NCBI GenBank assembly: GCA_020057405.1
Contig: JAGVFW010000011.1
Span: 1 to 64,000, forward strand
DNA length: 64,000 nucleotides
Source of the DNA: an archaeon
GTDB lineage: Archaea > Micrarchaeota > Micrarchaeia > Norongarragalinales > UBA97
Direction: 5' to 3'
Made by a program: the position numbers and the translations under genes. Below the pieces are notes generated by a model. That model was not told the DNA's origin. It saw nothing but the letters and a program-made list of their open reading frames with translations, and ran no database searches. This document shows, one piece after another, positions 27,973 to 37,443 of the stretch. The number at the start of each line of letters is the position of its first letter. Position 1 is the first letter of the stretch.

Positions 27973-30339
27973 GTGGACGAACAGGCACTCGAGGCACAGG
28001 CTGATGAGAAGAAGGGAATGGAGGGATTCGGCCTCGTCACCCTCCTACTCGCCATCGGAATGCTCATGCTCTACTTCAGCGCGGGGGGCGGCGACTCCAA
28101 GCAAATGCTCCAAAACGCATCAAACACCGTCCAAGACATAACCCAAACAATCAAAGAAACGAGCAACGAGCCGACGCCGGAGCCAAGCGAACCCACGCCA
28201 GAACCATCTACTGAAACGCCCACGCCGCCTCCTGGGGAAGAGCAAAACGAGTTTACACAATGCGGATGCCCCGAACTCTATTCTCCAGTGTGCGGAGAGG
28301 ATGAAATAACATACTACAACGCGTGCATGGCACGCTGCCGCGGGCGAAGCATAGTCGACGGCCAATACTGCGACCCGAACAACTGGCCAACTCCCCGGCC
28401 AACACCGACGCCAACCGTAACGCCCAAACCAAGCCCCACGCCAACCCCTTGCCCAAGCTGCGCAACGCCGACCCCTACACCCACGCCAAGCCCAACTCCC
28501 AGCCCTGGCCCCACTCCAATGCCAACCCCGCCACTCGATTATTCGGGCTACTGGAGTTTCGACAACTACAGCTCCACAACGGTCTTTGATGCGTCACCAA
28601 ACCACTTTGACGCAGCCTATACCGCAGGCGACTCGAGCCAAAACAGCGTCAACGGTGCTTTTGGAAAATCACTCAAGACCACCCAAACGAACTACGCCCG
28701 CGCGGCAGGAGACGCCCTCACCGACGGCCCGTTCACCGTAACCAGCTGGTTCAAGCACGACGCCGAACTCGTCTCCGACCAACCAACTCCCTGGGTAGGC
28801 GGCTTGGGCAAGGCCTACCGCATGCGCTTGGGCTGGATGGGCGGCGGCACGGACTTTTACCAAGGTGGCTGGATGTGCAAAATCAATTCCGGCAACGCGC
28901 CAAGCGTCTATCAAGTTTATCCAGTCAAGGCAGGCGTTTGGTACAATGTCGCATGCACTTGGGACGGCAGCTCGATTAAACTCTATGTCAACGGCTCGCT
29001 AGTGCGAAGCGACAGCTACGCTAGCCAAAGCTATGTTGGCAGCGAACAGTTTGACTTTGGACGCTCAAGCGACACTTACTGGGTCGGCAGCATTGACGAA
29101 GTGAGAGTGTATCGGCGAGCACTTTCCGAAAGCGAACTCTTGACAATGTCGCCCGACTGGGCCAAGAAGCGCCAGACTGAAACACCCAAATCCACCTACT
29201 CCTTCACTGACTCGATTGGAGTAAACATGCACGACTGGCCTAACTATGAGTCGGCAATCGCCCCCCGCGTGCGCGAACTGGGCGTCAAGCACCTGCGCGA
29301 CAACCTGTGGTTCATCAACAAGAGCGCCTGGACCCAAACTAAGATGCGCCAACACATTGGGGACGGCGTAAAATACGCCTTGATTCCCGACCAATTCATG
29401 CTCAACGCCACCGACGTCGTGCCCTATCTCAAGTTCCTCTACGGCAACCTCTCAGGGCAGTACGGTAATTCATTCATCGACGTAGTCGAAGGGCCAAACG
29501 AGCCCGACAACTTCTACGACAACGTTCCGAACATCCTGCAAAAAACATTCGACTACCACACTTCGATGTACGCCGCTATCAAGGCCGACTCACAAACGCA
29601 GGCAATCAAAGTCGCCGCGCCGTCACTCACACTAAGCCACGACCGAAGCGCCTTCGACGACTACAACTACGCACCCATTGCCGACTACGCAAACGGACAT
29701 TTCTACCAGGAACCCCTAAATCCCGGCTACCCACTCATCGACAAGAGCGAATACTACGTCAAGGGCGAAGCGCCCGGCCTACCCGTGCTTGTGACAGAAG
29801 CAGGCTACACTACCTACTCCGGCGGCTTTAGCGAAACATTACAGTCGAAATACCTCGTGCGCACGCTCCTCGAATACTTCAACCGCGGCTACCCCCGCAC
29901 CTACCTCTACGACTTTGCAAACGACGGCCCATCAGGCGACGACCAGTACCACTCGCGCTTCGGGCTAGTAACCTGGGACGCGGTGCCAAAACCCTCATTC
30001 TACGCAATCAAGAACCTCATCACCATCCTCTCCGACACTAGCACGCCAATAACGCCACACGCTCTTGACTATGAACTCGAGACAACTAGTGCCGACCTTC
30101 ATCACCTGCTCTTGCAGAAGACAAACGGCGACTGGTACCTCGTGTTGTGGCTCGAACGCAAGAGCACCGACACCGACGTCACTGCACAAGTGACAATCCG
30201 CACCTACACTCCGGTGACGCAAGCGCAGTTATTCGAGCCCCACGTCTCGGCAAGCGCAACGCAAACTTTCGCCAACCCCGCAGTAATTACGCTAAACGTG
30301 CCGGACAAGGCAGTGATTGTCAAGCTCACTCCCGCTTAA
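27973..30339 (+). CDS. membrane-anchored Kazal + PT linker + LamG + clan GH-A glycoside hydrolase
   Basis: Kazal [20 protein letters not shown]; Lam[34 protein letters not shown]; acid/base GPNEPD, nucleophile VLVTEAGY. Confidence 0.85.
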   Translation: MDEQALEAQADEKKGMEGFGLVTLLLAIGMLMLYFSAGGGDSKQMLQNASNTVQDITQTIKETSNEPTPEPSEPTPEPSTETPTPPPGEEQNEFTQCGCPELYSPVCGEDEITYYNACMARCRGRSIVDGQYCDPNNWPTPRPTPTPTVTPKPSPTPTPCPSCATPTPTPTPSPTPSPGPTPMPTPPLDYSGYWSFDNYSSTTVFDASPNHFDAAYTAGDSSQNSVNGAFGKSLKTTQTNYARAAGDALTDGPFTVTSWFKHDAELVSDQPTPWVGGLGKAYRMRLGWMGGGTDFYQGGWMCKINSGNAPSVYQVYPVKAGVWYNVACTWDGSSIKLYVNGSLVRSDSYASQSYVGSEQFDFGRSSDTYWVGSIDEVRVYRRALSESELLTMSPDWAKKRQTETPKSTYSFTDSIGVNMHDWPNYESAIAPRVRELGVKHLRDNLWFINKSAWTQTKMRQHIGDGVKYALIPDQFMLNATDVVPYLKFLYGNLSGQYGNSFIDVVEGPNEPDNFYDNVPNILQKTFDYHTSMYAAIKADSQTQAIKVAAPSLTLSHDRSAFDDYNYAPIADYANGHFYQEPLNPGYPLIDKSEYYVKGEAPGLPVLVTEAGYTTYSGGFSETLQSKYLVRTLLEYFNRGYPRTYLYDFANDGPSGDDQYHSRFGLVTWDAVPKPSFYAIKNLITILSDTSTPITPHALDYELETTSADLHHLLLQKTNGDWYLVLWLERKSTDTDVTAQVTIRTYTPVTQAQLFEPHVSASATQTFANPAVITLNVPDKAVIVKLTPA

Positions 30340-30423
30340 CTGCGCTAGAGATAAACCTCGTCATGCTCATTGCGCTCGAACTAGTGATGAAGGGCTAGTT
30401 GTAGAAAGCGCACCTAAAAGAAA

Positions 30424-31023
30424 TTAGACGCGAAGGCCCGTTTCACGCATTGCCTTTCGCAACTCCTCGATTCCCTGCTTGTTGGAGTCGAAATTAATCC
30501 CGCAAATGCCGAGCTTGCGCGCGGTTGCAATGTTCTCTGGAGTGTCGTCAACGAACACCACGCGGCTTGGCGAAATGCCGAAGCGGCGCAGCATGTGGAC
30601 GAATATAGCGTCGTCCGGCTTTTTCGCACCAACTTGGCTGGAGAAAATCACTTCGTCAAAGAGGCTGTCAAACCCGAACCGGCTCTCCATTCCCTGGCGG
30701 AAAAGCTCGTTGTTGTTGCTTAGAATGACGATGACGTAATTCTCGCGCAATTCCTTAAGCAGCTTGCGCATTCCTGGCGTCTCTTTCAGCCGCTGCAAGT
30801 CGGGCGTTCCTGTGACAAGCACGCCGCCGAAGTCAAAGCCGACCACGCGGCGGTTGACGTAGAGGCGGTAGGCAAAATGCAAGTAATAGGCAACGGCATA
30901 GCAAACGGCTGCGAGCACCGGCAACAACAAGCCCTCAAACAAGTCAGGCCAAGCGTAGAAGCCTCCCGCAAAAAGCACGACCGCCCAAAACAACTGCCCC
31001 CGGCGAAAGCCGAAGAGACGCAT
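30424..31023 (-). CDS. HAD-family phosphatase with N-terminal TM segments
   Basis: FDFGGVL, ILSN, KKPD..IF, VFVDD..ENI..A..LGI. Confidence 0.88.
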   Translation of the reverse strand: MRLFGFRRGQLFWAVVLFAGGFYAWPDLFEGLLLPVLAAVCYAVAYYLHFAYRLYVNRRVVGFDFGGVLVTGTPDLQRLKETPGMRKLLKELRENYVIVILSNNNELFRQGMESRFGFDSLFDEVIFSSQVGAKKPDDAIFVHMLRRFGISPSRVVFVDDTPENIATARKLGICGINFDSNKQGIEELRKAMRETGLRV

Positions 31024-31056
31024 CAAACCCATAGCACAATTTGCCCGCAACTGGTT

Positions 31057-32001
31057 TTAAAGCGTGGTGACGGGGCGCGCCTGCACTATGTAGAAGACAC
31101 CTGACTCGAGGGCCCACTCAAGGTCTTGGGGCGAACCGTAGTGCACCTCGATGCGGTTGCACAGCCGCGAAAGCTCAAGTACCTTGAGGCCGGAGAGCTT
31201 CTGCTTGGCGCGCTTGTCTGCAGGCACTGGCAGGTGTTGCGTGCCGCCAGTAGGCCCGCGGACAATCATTTCCTCCTGTTCATTCACCTGCACGTCGAGA
31301 AGCATTTCCTCAGCCTTGTCGACAACGTACTTGTCTGGAGTAATCAGCCCGCCCACTATTGCCTCGCCAAGACCGAAGCCCGCCTCGATTACCATCTGGT
31401 TGCGGTCGCGAGTGACGGGATTGACGGTGAAGGCAACGCCGCTCACCTCGCTCTCGACCATCTTTTGCACGACAACACCCACGCCCACTTGCGCCTTCTC
31501 CAGGCCCTGCTCAAAGCGGTAGAAAATCGCGCGGGGAGTGAAGAGCGATGCCCAGCACTTTCGCACGGTTGGCAAAAGCGTCTCGCCAGTCGTATTGAGG
31601 TAGCTTTCTAACTCTCCGGCCCAACTCGCTGCCGAAGCATCCTCGGCGGTTGCACTCGAGCGTACTGCGACAAAACGCGCGCCGAGAGTATTGAATTGCG
31701 CAGTTATGGCACTGGCCATGTCTTGAGGAATATCTGCCGACTCAATCAACGAACGGATATTCTTGCTTGCCGCGTCAACGCTCGACGTGTTGTGCTGGTC
31801 CACTTTAGCCAATTCAATGGCAATCTTTCCCCCAAGCCCGTTAACGCGGATGAATTCATCAAATGAAGCAACAGAAACGACAAAACCTGGCGGGACAGGA
31901 ATGCCGGCCGCAGTCATTTCACCAAGCTGCGCACCCTTGCCCCCAGCAATTGCAACGCTGGCCTTCGAAAGAGAAGCAAAAGGCAAGACAAACTTTTCCA
32001 T
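31057..32001 (-). CDS. PEP-synthase/PPDK-type ATP-binding (ATP-grasp) domain, stand-alone
   Basis: AGGKGAQLGEM, VPPGF, VAVRSSATAED...SWAG, VVVQKMV, GLGEAIV.G, QDLEWA, VQARPVT. Confidence 0.92.
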   Translation of the reverse strand: MEKFVLPFASLSKASVAIAGGKGAQLGEMTAAGIPVPPGFVVSVASFDEFIRVNGLGGKIAIELAKVDQHNTSSVDAASKNIRSLIESADIPQDMASAITAQFNTLGARFVAVRSSATAEDASAASWAGELESYLNTTGETLLPTVRKCWASLFTPRAIFYRFEQGLEKAQVGVGVVVQKMVESEVSGVAFTVNPVTRDRNQMVIEAGFGLGEAIVGGLITPDKYVVDKAEEMLLDVQVNEQEEMIVRGPTGGTQHLPVPADKRAKQKLSGLKVLELSRLCNRIEVHYGSPQDLEWALESGVFYIVQARPVTTL

Positions 32002-32005
32002 AAAC

Positions 32006-32134
32006 CTAACCCCAAACTCTATCGTAATTGTGGCCTGCTGCGACAACGGGCTTTTCCTCCCGCGGCACGCCCTGCCACACCTGCATGAGAAATATGATGA
32101 CGAGCAGCGTGAAGATGATGTCGCTCTCGCTCAT
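32006..32134 (-). CDS. small single-TM peptide (42 aa)
   Basis: MSESDIIFTLLVIIFLMQVWQGVPREEKPVVAAGHNYDRVWG fills the gap between the two dikinase genes. Confidence 0.5.
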   Translation of the reverse strand: MSESDIIFTLLVIIFLMQVWQGVPREEKPVVAAGHNYDRVWG

Positions 32135-32140
32135 GTTTCT

Positions 32141-33694
32141 CTACCCCTCTAGCTTCCTTACGATACCCTTGACCGCGTCAACCTCGACCAAGTCACCGTC
32201 CTTGAGCACTTTCGTCGCAATTTTCGTGCCAATGACGCAAGGCACGCCAAGCTCGCGGCTCACTATCGCCGCGTGCGAAGTGACTCCACCCTGCTCGGTG
32301 ACGATTGCGCCTGCCTTCTTCATCGCAGGAACGACGTCAGGATTCGTTGCAATTGCGACTAGGATGTCTCCCTGCTGCATCTTCGGCAGGTCGGCTGGTG
32401 ACAAGACGATTTTCACTCTGCCGGTTGCCTTCCCTAGGCAGGCGCACTGGCCGTGAAGCTCGCTGATGTTACCGTCAACCTGGACAACTGCGGTTGAGGC
32501 AAGAAGCGCCGCGTCGTCGCCAGTGACTAGCATGTCACGGCCTTTCTCCGAGTAGAGGACAAACTCGCTGCGCGAGCTTAGTTTCTCCAAGTCGAAGCTG
32601 CCTGTAAGCAGCGCCTCGTACTCTTTCGGCAGCATCGTTCGGGCTTGGTCTAGCGTGATGCCCTTGCGCTTGGCGATTTCCTTGAAAACCGCACGCAGGC
32701 GGTAGACTGCACGCAATTGCCGGTAGCGGCGGTAGAGTTTCGTGAGCATGAACTGGCCGAAAACGTGGAAGAGCCGCTTGAACTTGCCGTCCATTCCAAT
32801 TTTTGCCTCGAGGTCTGCCTTCTCAAGCGCCTTGACTTTCAGGTCGTTCTCGATGCCCTCAAGCTCCTCAGAGGGCGACTTGCCGGACTTGAGGTAGTCG
32901 GAGAGCTCGCCAATGTAGTGCCTAACTGGTGCCTTTTCGCCTACCCAGAGGGCCGAGATTGGCGAATACTCGCCGTAGTAGGCAAGCAACATGTCCCCGG
33001 CCTTGCCGCGCATCTCCGCCTCGATCACGTCGGCCGGCTGGTGAAGGAACAACTGCTTGTGGAAAGCGTTGTTCTCGATCTCAATTGCAATTGAGAGGAA
33101 CCGCTCGTGCTGTTCCGCTTCCTCGCTGCGGTCGGAGGGGGTGGTCAATGCAACGAAAAGCGTGTTGACCTCGTCCTCGCCATTTGCTTTTGTGCGCAGG
33201 TAGCGCTTGAGAAGTTCAGTAAACTCAGGGTAGAACATGTCGGTCGCGTTTGGCAGCCAGCCCCACTCGTAGAGCGAGGAATGCACTTCCAAGTGGTCCT
33301 TGAGAAGGAGCCACAGCTGGGCGTCGGAGAGCGGCTTGAGGTCGGCAGGAATTTTCTTGCCGCTTGCCTCAAGGGCATCCGAGTGCCGCACGATCTCGGA
33401 GTTTATTTTCTCGCCGTAGCCGGGGTCGGCGTCCATCTTGTTGACTAAGTTTAGCGTGAAGTCAAGGCAGCTTTGCTTGCCGTAGTAGAAGCTCATGTCA
33501 CGGCCCTTGAAGTGGCCGAGGATTTTGCTGTAGTTTCTCCCGCAGCTGTCCTCCATGTTGTTGACAAAAGCGCGGAGCCAGATTTGGCAGAAGAAAAAGT
33601 CAATGTTGGGAATGTCTTCAGCAACCATCCACTCGTCGCCGTCAGCCAAGCACTTGAGCCCGTTCTCTTTCGAGAGTTGTTCGATTCGTTCCAT
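32141..33694 (-). CDS. PEP-utilising enzyme mobile (phospho-His swivel) domain protein with a long helical N-terminal region
   Basis: C-terminal GDILVA..TNP...PAM.KAGAIVTEQGGVTSHAAIVSRELGVPCVIGT. Confidence 0.9.
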   Translation of the reverse strand: MERIEQLSKENGLKCLADGDEWMVAEDIPNIDFFFCQIWLRAFVNNMEDSCGRNYSKILGHFKGRDMSFYYGKQSCLDFTLNLVNKMDADPGYGEKINSEIVRHSDALEASGKKIPADLKPLSDAQLWLLLKDHLEVHSSLYEWGWLPNATDMFYPEFTELLKRYLRTKANGEDEVNTLFVALTTPSDRSEEAEQHERFLSIAIEIENNAFHKQLFLHQPADVIEAEMRGKAGDMLLAYYGEYSPISALWVGEKAPVRHYIGELSDYLKSGKSPSEELEGIENDLKVKALEKADLEAKIGMDGKFKRLFHVFGQFMLTKLYRRYRQLRAVYRLRAVFKEIAKRKGITLDQARTMLPKEYEALLTGSFDLEKLSSRSEFVLYSEKGRDMLVTGDDAALLASTAVVQVDGNISELHGQCACLGKATGRVKIVLSPADLPKMQQGDILVAIATNPDVVPAMKKAGAIVTEQGGVTSHAAIVSRELGVPCVIGTKIATKVLKDGDLVEVDAVKGIVRKLEG

Positions 33695-33768
33695 GGTAGT
33701 GTGTATGGCCGGAACTTTCGAAGTAGGTTTAGCCAGCGCACGCTGGTAGGTATAAAAAGCGGGGGTAA

Positions 33769-34509
33769 TCAGCGGACGTTTTGCAGCAAATCGGCAAGGA
33801 AGGGCATGAACTTGGCTTGGGCTTTTCGCAAGTGCTCGCTCGCCGTCGCCACGCTGATGCCGAGTGATGCGGCAATCTCGTCTACTGAAATTCTTTTGGG
33901 AGTGTCGAAGTAGCCTTTGCGGACTGCGTATGAAATGACTTCCATCTGCTTTGGCGAAAGAGCTGCTGCGACTGACTTGAACGCAAGCATTTCTTGGAGG
34001 CCGAGGTAGGCCGTCGGCTTTGCCTTGCGCGGGTCAAGCACCCTCTTTCTAAGCAGCTTGACCTCGAAATTGTCCTTTAGAAGCGAATAGAGCTCTCGCA
34101 ACTGCTTCTCGTCCTGCACGTAAATCGCCGACGAGTCAACGCCGCCTTTCGTAAGCGAGGGCTCAAGTGGCACCGCGCCAGTCTTGCCGATGGTTTCAAT
34201 CAAGAGAGACTCCGGCTTGCTTCGAAGATAGACGAGTGCGCGGTCTCCGTGGCGCTCGACGAGGCGGATGTCTTTGACGTGCTTGTGCGCCTTGAGCGCG
34301 TTAATCAACTTCGAAACGTCTTCTTCCGCCTCGACCTCGTAGAGGCCCGAAGCGATGCCGTTTCCGTAGGCAAGCGGCGAAATCAAGCTCACGCGAGCGC
34401 CGTGAACGCGATTCACGCAGTCGATGCAAAAGCAAGTGTGAACCCACTGGAGCTCGACGAGCATGGGCCGCTCGTGCTTGACCGGCTCGATTTTCAAAAC
34501 CTTGGACAT
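33769..34509 (-). CDS. bacterio-opsin-activator-type (HTH_10) transcription regulator
   Basis: LSPKQ.EVI..A...GYFDTPKRIS..EIA..LGIS..TASEHLRKA. Confidence 0.9.
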   Translation of the reverse strand: MSKVLKIEPVKHERPMLVELQWVHTCFCIDCVNRVHGARVSLISPLAYGNGIASGLYEVEAEEDVSKLINALKAHKHVKDIRLVERHGDRALVYLRSKPESLLIETIGKTGAVPLEPSLTKGGVDSSAIYVQDEKQLRELYSLLKDNFEVKLLRKRVLDPRKAKPTAYLGLQEMLAFKSVAAALSPKQMEVISYAVRKGYFDTPKRISVDEIAASLGISVATASEHLRKAQAKFMPFLADLLQNVR

Positions 34510-34625
34510 AGAAAACTAGTGGGAAAGGCGGAATAAAAAACGCGCTTTTGGTGCAGCTTTTGAGGAGCGAGAAGCGAGCCGCCCAACGGAGGGCGGGAGC
34601 CTCGCAGCGACGAAAAAAGGTGCAG

Positions 34626-34730
34626 TGGGCCCAGCCGGAATCGGACCGGCGATCTTTCGCACGTCAAGCGAACGTCCTTGGCCAACAGTATACCAAAGTA
34701 TGCTGTCGTTTACCATTCGACTATGGGCCC
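34626..34730 (-). tRNA. tRNA-Val (GAC) with a 33-nt intron at 22/23 (34677-34709)
   Basis: GGGCCCA/TGGGCCC, A73; TTCGC-TTGACGT-GCGAA; BHB-like TGGT-AAA / GCCA-AGG; removing the intron restores the D arm. Confidence 0.88.
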
Positions 34731-34763
34731 AAATGGATGATACTATAATGTTGCGAATGGTTT

Positions 34764-35435
34764 TTATTTCGCTAATATTGACATCCGACCTGACTCTACC
34801 CAAGCCTCGTAGCGTGAAATGTTGCGCGGATTGCTGCTTCCAACGAAGGAAAACCAGTTTTTGGTGTTCGCAATGCCGTTGACGCCGACAATGTGACCTG
34901 ATTCGTAGGCCGAAAAACCCGCTTCGCGCAAGATTGCCTTAATTTGGAGTCGAAGAGGCTCGCTGGAACTGCTGATTATCGCAAACGGCCGACGATAGCC
35001 CTCTGACTTTCTAGCGGCAAAGCACCCATCAGTGTCAAAAATTCCCCTAACGACACGCAGCTTCTTTACAAGCTGCAGAGCTACAATCCAGTCAGGCAGA
35101 CGGATTTGGCCCTTCTTGCCTATTGGAAAGCCTACTTTCACGAGAATCAAGGCGAATTCCTTGTTGTTTATGACAAGGTCAACGGTATTGACGTTCTTGA
35201 CATTAGTAGGTTTGCGCAAGTGAAGGTACGAATTGACGCCCAACTCAGTCAACAAAGGCTGCAAATAATTTTTAAAATATTGAAGGTCAGTCGTTGCGTT
35301 TCCGGTGATGAAGATGCGGTAGGCAACTAAACCGCCCGCGTCCTTTCTCTTAAAACGAACTAAGCAGCCGTCGCCAACAAGAGCGCCAAATAGCTCTAGA
35401 AAAGAATGAGACTCAAGGTCAAAAAGCGGCTTCAT
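34764..35435 (-). CDS. free-standing LAGLIDADG homing-endonuclease-like protein
   Basis: Two motifs ELFGALVGDG and VVRGIFDTDG; no intein termini. Confidence 0.85.
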   Translation of the reverse strand: MKPLFDLESHSFLELFGALVGDGCLVRFKRKDAGGLVAYRIFITGNATTDLQYFKNYLQPLLTELGVNSYLHLRKPTNVKNVNTVDLVINNKEFALILVKVGFPIGKKGQIRLPDWIVALQLVKKLRVVRGIFDTDGCFAARKSEGYRRPFAIISSSSEPLRLQIKAILREAGFSAYESGHIVGVNGIANTKNWFSFVGSSNPRNISRYEAWVESGRMSILAK

Positions 35436-35490
35436 GCTAGAATTAGGACTTCAGCAAAGCAATTGCTTCCGGGAGGGTGGCTTGCCGGGC

Positions 35491-35928
35491 TTACTTAAGC
35501 TCTTTTCTGATGAGGCTCGCGGTGGCGAAGAGGTCTTTTTCGGCCGGTTCGGTGCGCAAACCCATTTCCTTGACGGCCACCTGCGTGAAAACGTCGTCGC
35601 CGTCGCGGCGGGGAAGCAAGTGCACGTGAACGTGCCTCTTGACGTACTTGCCTTCGGGCAGGTAAGGGCGGAAGTGCTGGCGCATGTCGACCCCGTCGCC
35701 CAAGCCCGCGGCGAGTATCGCCTTCTCGACGCGCGCGACGACTTTAAAGAGGTCAAGTAGCTCGGCGTCGGGAACTTCCATAAGCGACTCGTGGTGCGTC
35801 CTCGTCGTTACGAGGCAGTGGCCCTCTGCAATGGGATGCTTGTCCATAAACGCGATCGAGTGGGCAGTTTGCGCAATCACGCCCTCGTGAGGGTTGTCGC
35901 GGATGTGGCAGAAGTCGCAGTTGTGCAT
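35491..35928 (-). CDS. HIT-family protein
   Basis: CDFC, D.HPI.EGH.LV, HVHVHLLPR. Confidence 0.9.
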   Translation of the reverse strand: MHNCDFCHIRDNPHEGVIAQTAHSIAFMDKHPIAEGHCLVTTRTHHESLMEVPDAELLDLFKVVARVEKAILAAGLGDGVDMRQHFRPYLPEGKYVKRHVHVHLLPRRDGDDVFTQVAVKEMGLRTEPAEKDLFATASLIRKELK

Positions 35929-35985
35929 CAAACAATTTGAGCACACAGGCAGATATAAATTAGAAATGTGCACTAGAAAGAACCG

Positions 35986-36297
35986 ATGCACCCTCTTTAC
36001 GAGAAGCTCGTTGAAAAACTAAGGCAGTTTCCTGCAAAAGTAAGCAGTTTCAGTACGCCCAATCACCATTCGCTCGAAGTGGTATTTCACGTGGGGGACA
36101 TGCGCGAAGAAGAAACATACGCTGCTGAGAGCAGTATTAGGGACGCTTTTGAGTTTGCCCACGGAATCATGAGCAAGGGACATCTTGAAGTGCAGGTCCG
36201 CCCATCAAAAGGGCTCTTTGAGCTAAGTGCCATCGGGCACAGCAACAAGGGAGTTGAACTCGTTAGGTTCCTGCACGATAGGCTGAAGGAAAGATAA
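35986..36297 (+). CDS. hypothetical protein
   Basis: 103-aa ORF. Confidence 0.5.
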   Translation: MHPLYEKLVEKLRQFPAKVSSFSTPNHHSLEVVFHVGDMREEETYAAESSIRDAFEFAHGIMSKGHLEVQVRPSKGLFELSAIGHSNKGVELVRFLHDRLKER

Positions 36298-36299
36298 GG

Positions 36300-36371
36300 T
36301 GGACTGGACGGGAATCGAACCCGCAACCTCATGCATGCCATGCATGCGATCTACCGTTGATCTACCAGCCC
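36300..36371 (-). tRNA. tRNA-Ala (GGC)
   Basis: GGGCTGG/CCAGTCC with G3:U70, A73; CATGC-ATGGCAT-GCATG; TTCGATT T-loop. Confidence 0.93.
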
Positions 36372-36414
36372 GGCAAATAGGGTATGTGTGAAAAAGCCTT
36401 TAAAGCGGCAGGCT

Positions 36415-36648
36415 TTAGGCGGGTGACACGAAGACAACCGTGTCGCCGCGCAGGAGAACGGTGCCGAGCTTTCGCTTCAACTCGCCGTTTTTCAGCTCCT
36501 CGCCGTTGTCGATGACGAGGTTCATGTGGACGTCGAAGCTGGCGAGCGTGCCGCGGATTTCGACGTCGCCCTTAAGCTTTACTAGAACGTTATTGTTTAG
36601 TGCCGCGTTCAAAACATCGAACGGCCTTTTTTCAGCCAAAAAAACCAC
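36415..36648 (-). CDS. Sm-like (Lsm/SmAP) protein
   Basis: [41 protein letters not shown]. Confidence 0.93.
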   Translation of the reverse strand: MVFLAEKRPFDVLNAALNNNVLVKLKGDVEIRGTLASFDVHMNLVIDNGEELKNGELKRKLGTVLLRGDTVVFVSPA

Positions 36649-36663
36649 CTACCCTAAATATTC

Positions 36664-37440
36664 TCAGACGCGAAAGATTCGCGTTATCTGCTCTACTAAT
36701 TCTGCCAGCCAGTCCTTTTTAACCTTGCTTTCGTCGACCGGCTCGCCAGTTAGCTCTCCCGCAAGCACGCGCATCCTCTGGGAAAAAGTAGTATTCGGGA
36801 ATTTGAGGAAAACCGGTTCCTGCGTGGCGCTGGCCCGGCGAACGTTGGCGTCAATTGGCGACTGCGCCAAAAGCTTGGCCTCAAGCACCGTGCCCATGTC
36901 CTTGGCGCTTACTTCAGCCGCGTCGGCGTAGTACATGTTGTAGACAAAACCAGCCACGCGCACGCCGTTCTTCTCGGCAAACGAGCGGACTTTAAGCGCG
37001 TCAGCCAATGACGAGGGCTCGGGCGTGACGACGACAAGCAGTTCTTTTGCGGCCTTGATGCCGGCTTGCGCGTCAGGCGCCAGGCCTGATGGGCAGTCGA
37101 TGATGACGAAATCAAAACTCTTCAGTTCCCCAACCGCGGCGCGCAGGCGGCCGTAATCAATTCGCCTGATGCGCTCGGTGCTAAGCCCGGCAGGCACGTA
37201 GTTTAAGCCCGCGGGCCCGTCGTAGACGGCGTCGCGCATGGACGCCTCGCCAGTAAGCACGTTGTGGAGGCTGATTGGCGCGCGGTCAACGCCAAGGAGG
37301 ATGCCGAGGTTCGCCATGCCAACGTCTGCGTCGACAACGCAGACTTTAAGGCCCTTCTCGGCAAGCGCAAGCCCGAGATTTAGCGAGACGCTGGTCTTGC
37401 CTACGCCGCCCTTGCCGCTTGCAACCGCTATTGAACGCAT
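36664..37440 (-). CDS. minD: MinD-family ATPase
   Basis: ASGKGGVGKT, VDADVGMANL, IIDCPSG, VVTPEPSSLAD. Confidence 0.9.
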   Translation of the reverse strand: MRSIAVASGKGGVGKTSVSLNLGLALAEKGLKVCVVDADVGMANLGILLGVDRAPISLHNVLTGEASMRDAVYDGPAGLNYVPAGLSTERIRRIDYGRLRAAVGELKSFDFVIIDCPSGLAPDAQAGIKAAKELLVVVTPEPSSLADALKVRSFAEKNGVRVAGFVYNMYYADAAEVSAKDMGTVLEAKLLAQSPIDANVRRASATQEPVFLKFPNTTFSQRMRVLAGELTGEPVDESKVKKDWLAELVEQITRIFRV

Positions 37441-37443
37441 TTT

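Noticed and set aside
21940-28514. GVGVG-rich minus-strand ORFs
   Set aside because: They are antisense translations of the Pro/Thr linkers.
31057-33694. Frameshifted ppsA pseudogene
   Set aside because: The domain order is reversed, both ORFs are intact with their own starts, and the PEP-binding barrel is absent.
34626-35435. LAGLIDADG ORF as part of a giant tRNA intron
   Set aside because: The tRNA-Val is complete downstream of the ORF, and no separate 5' tRNA half was seen upstream.
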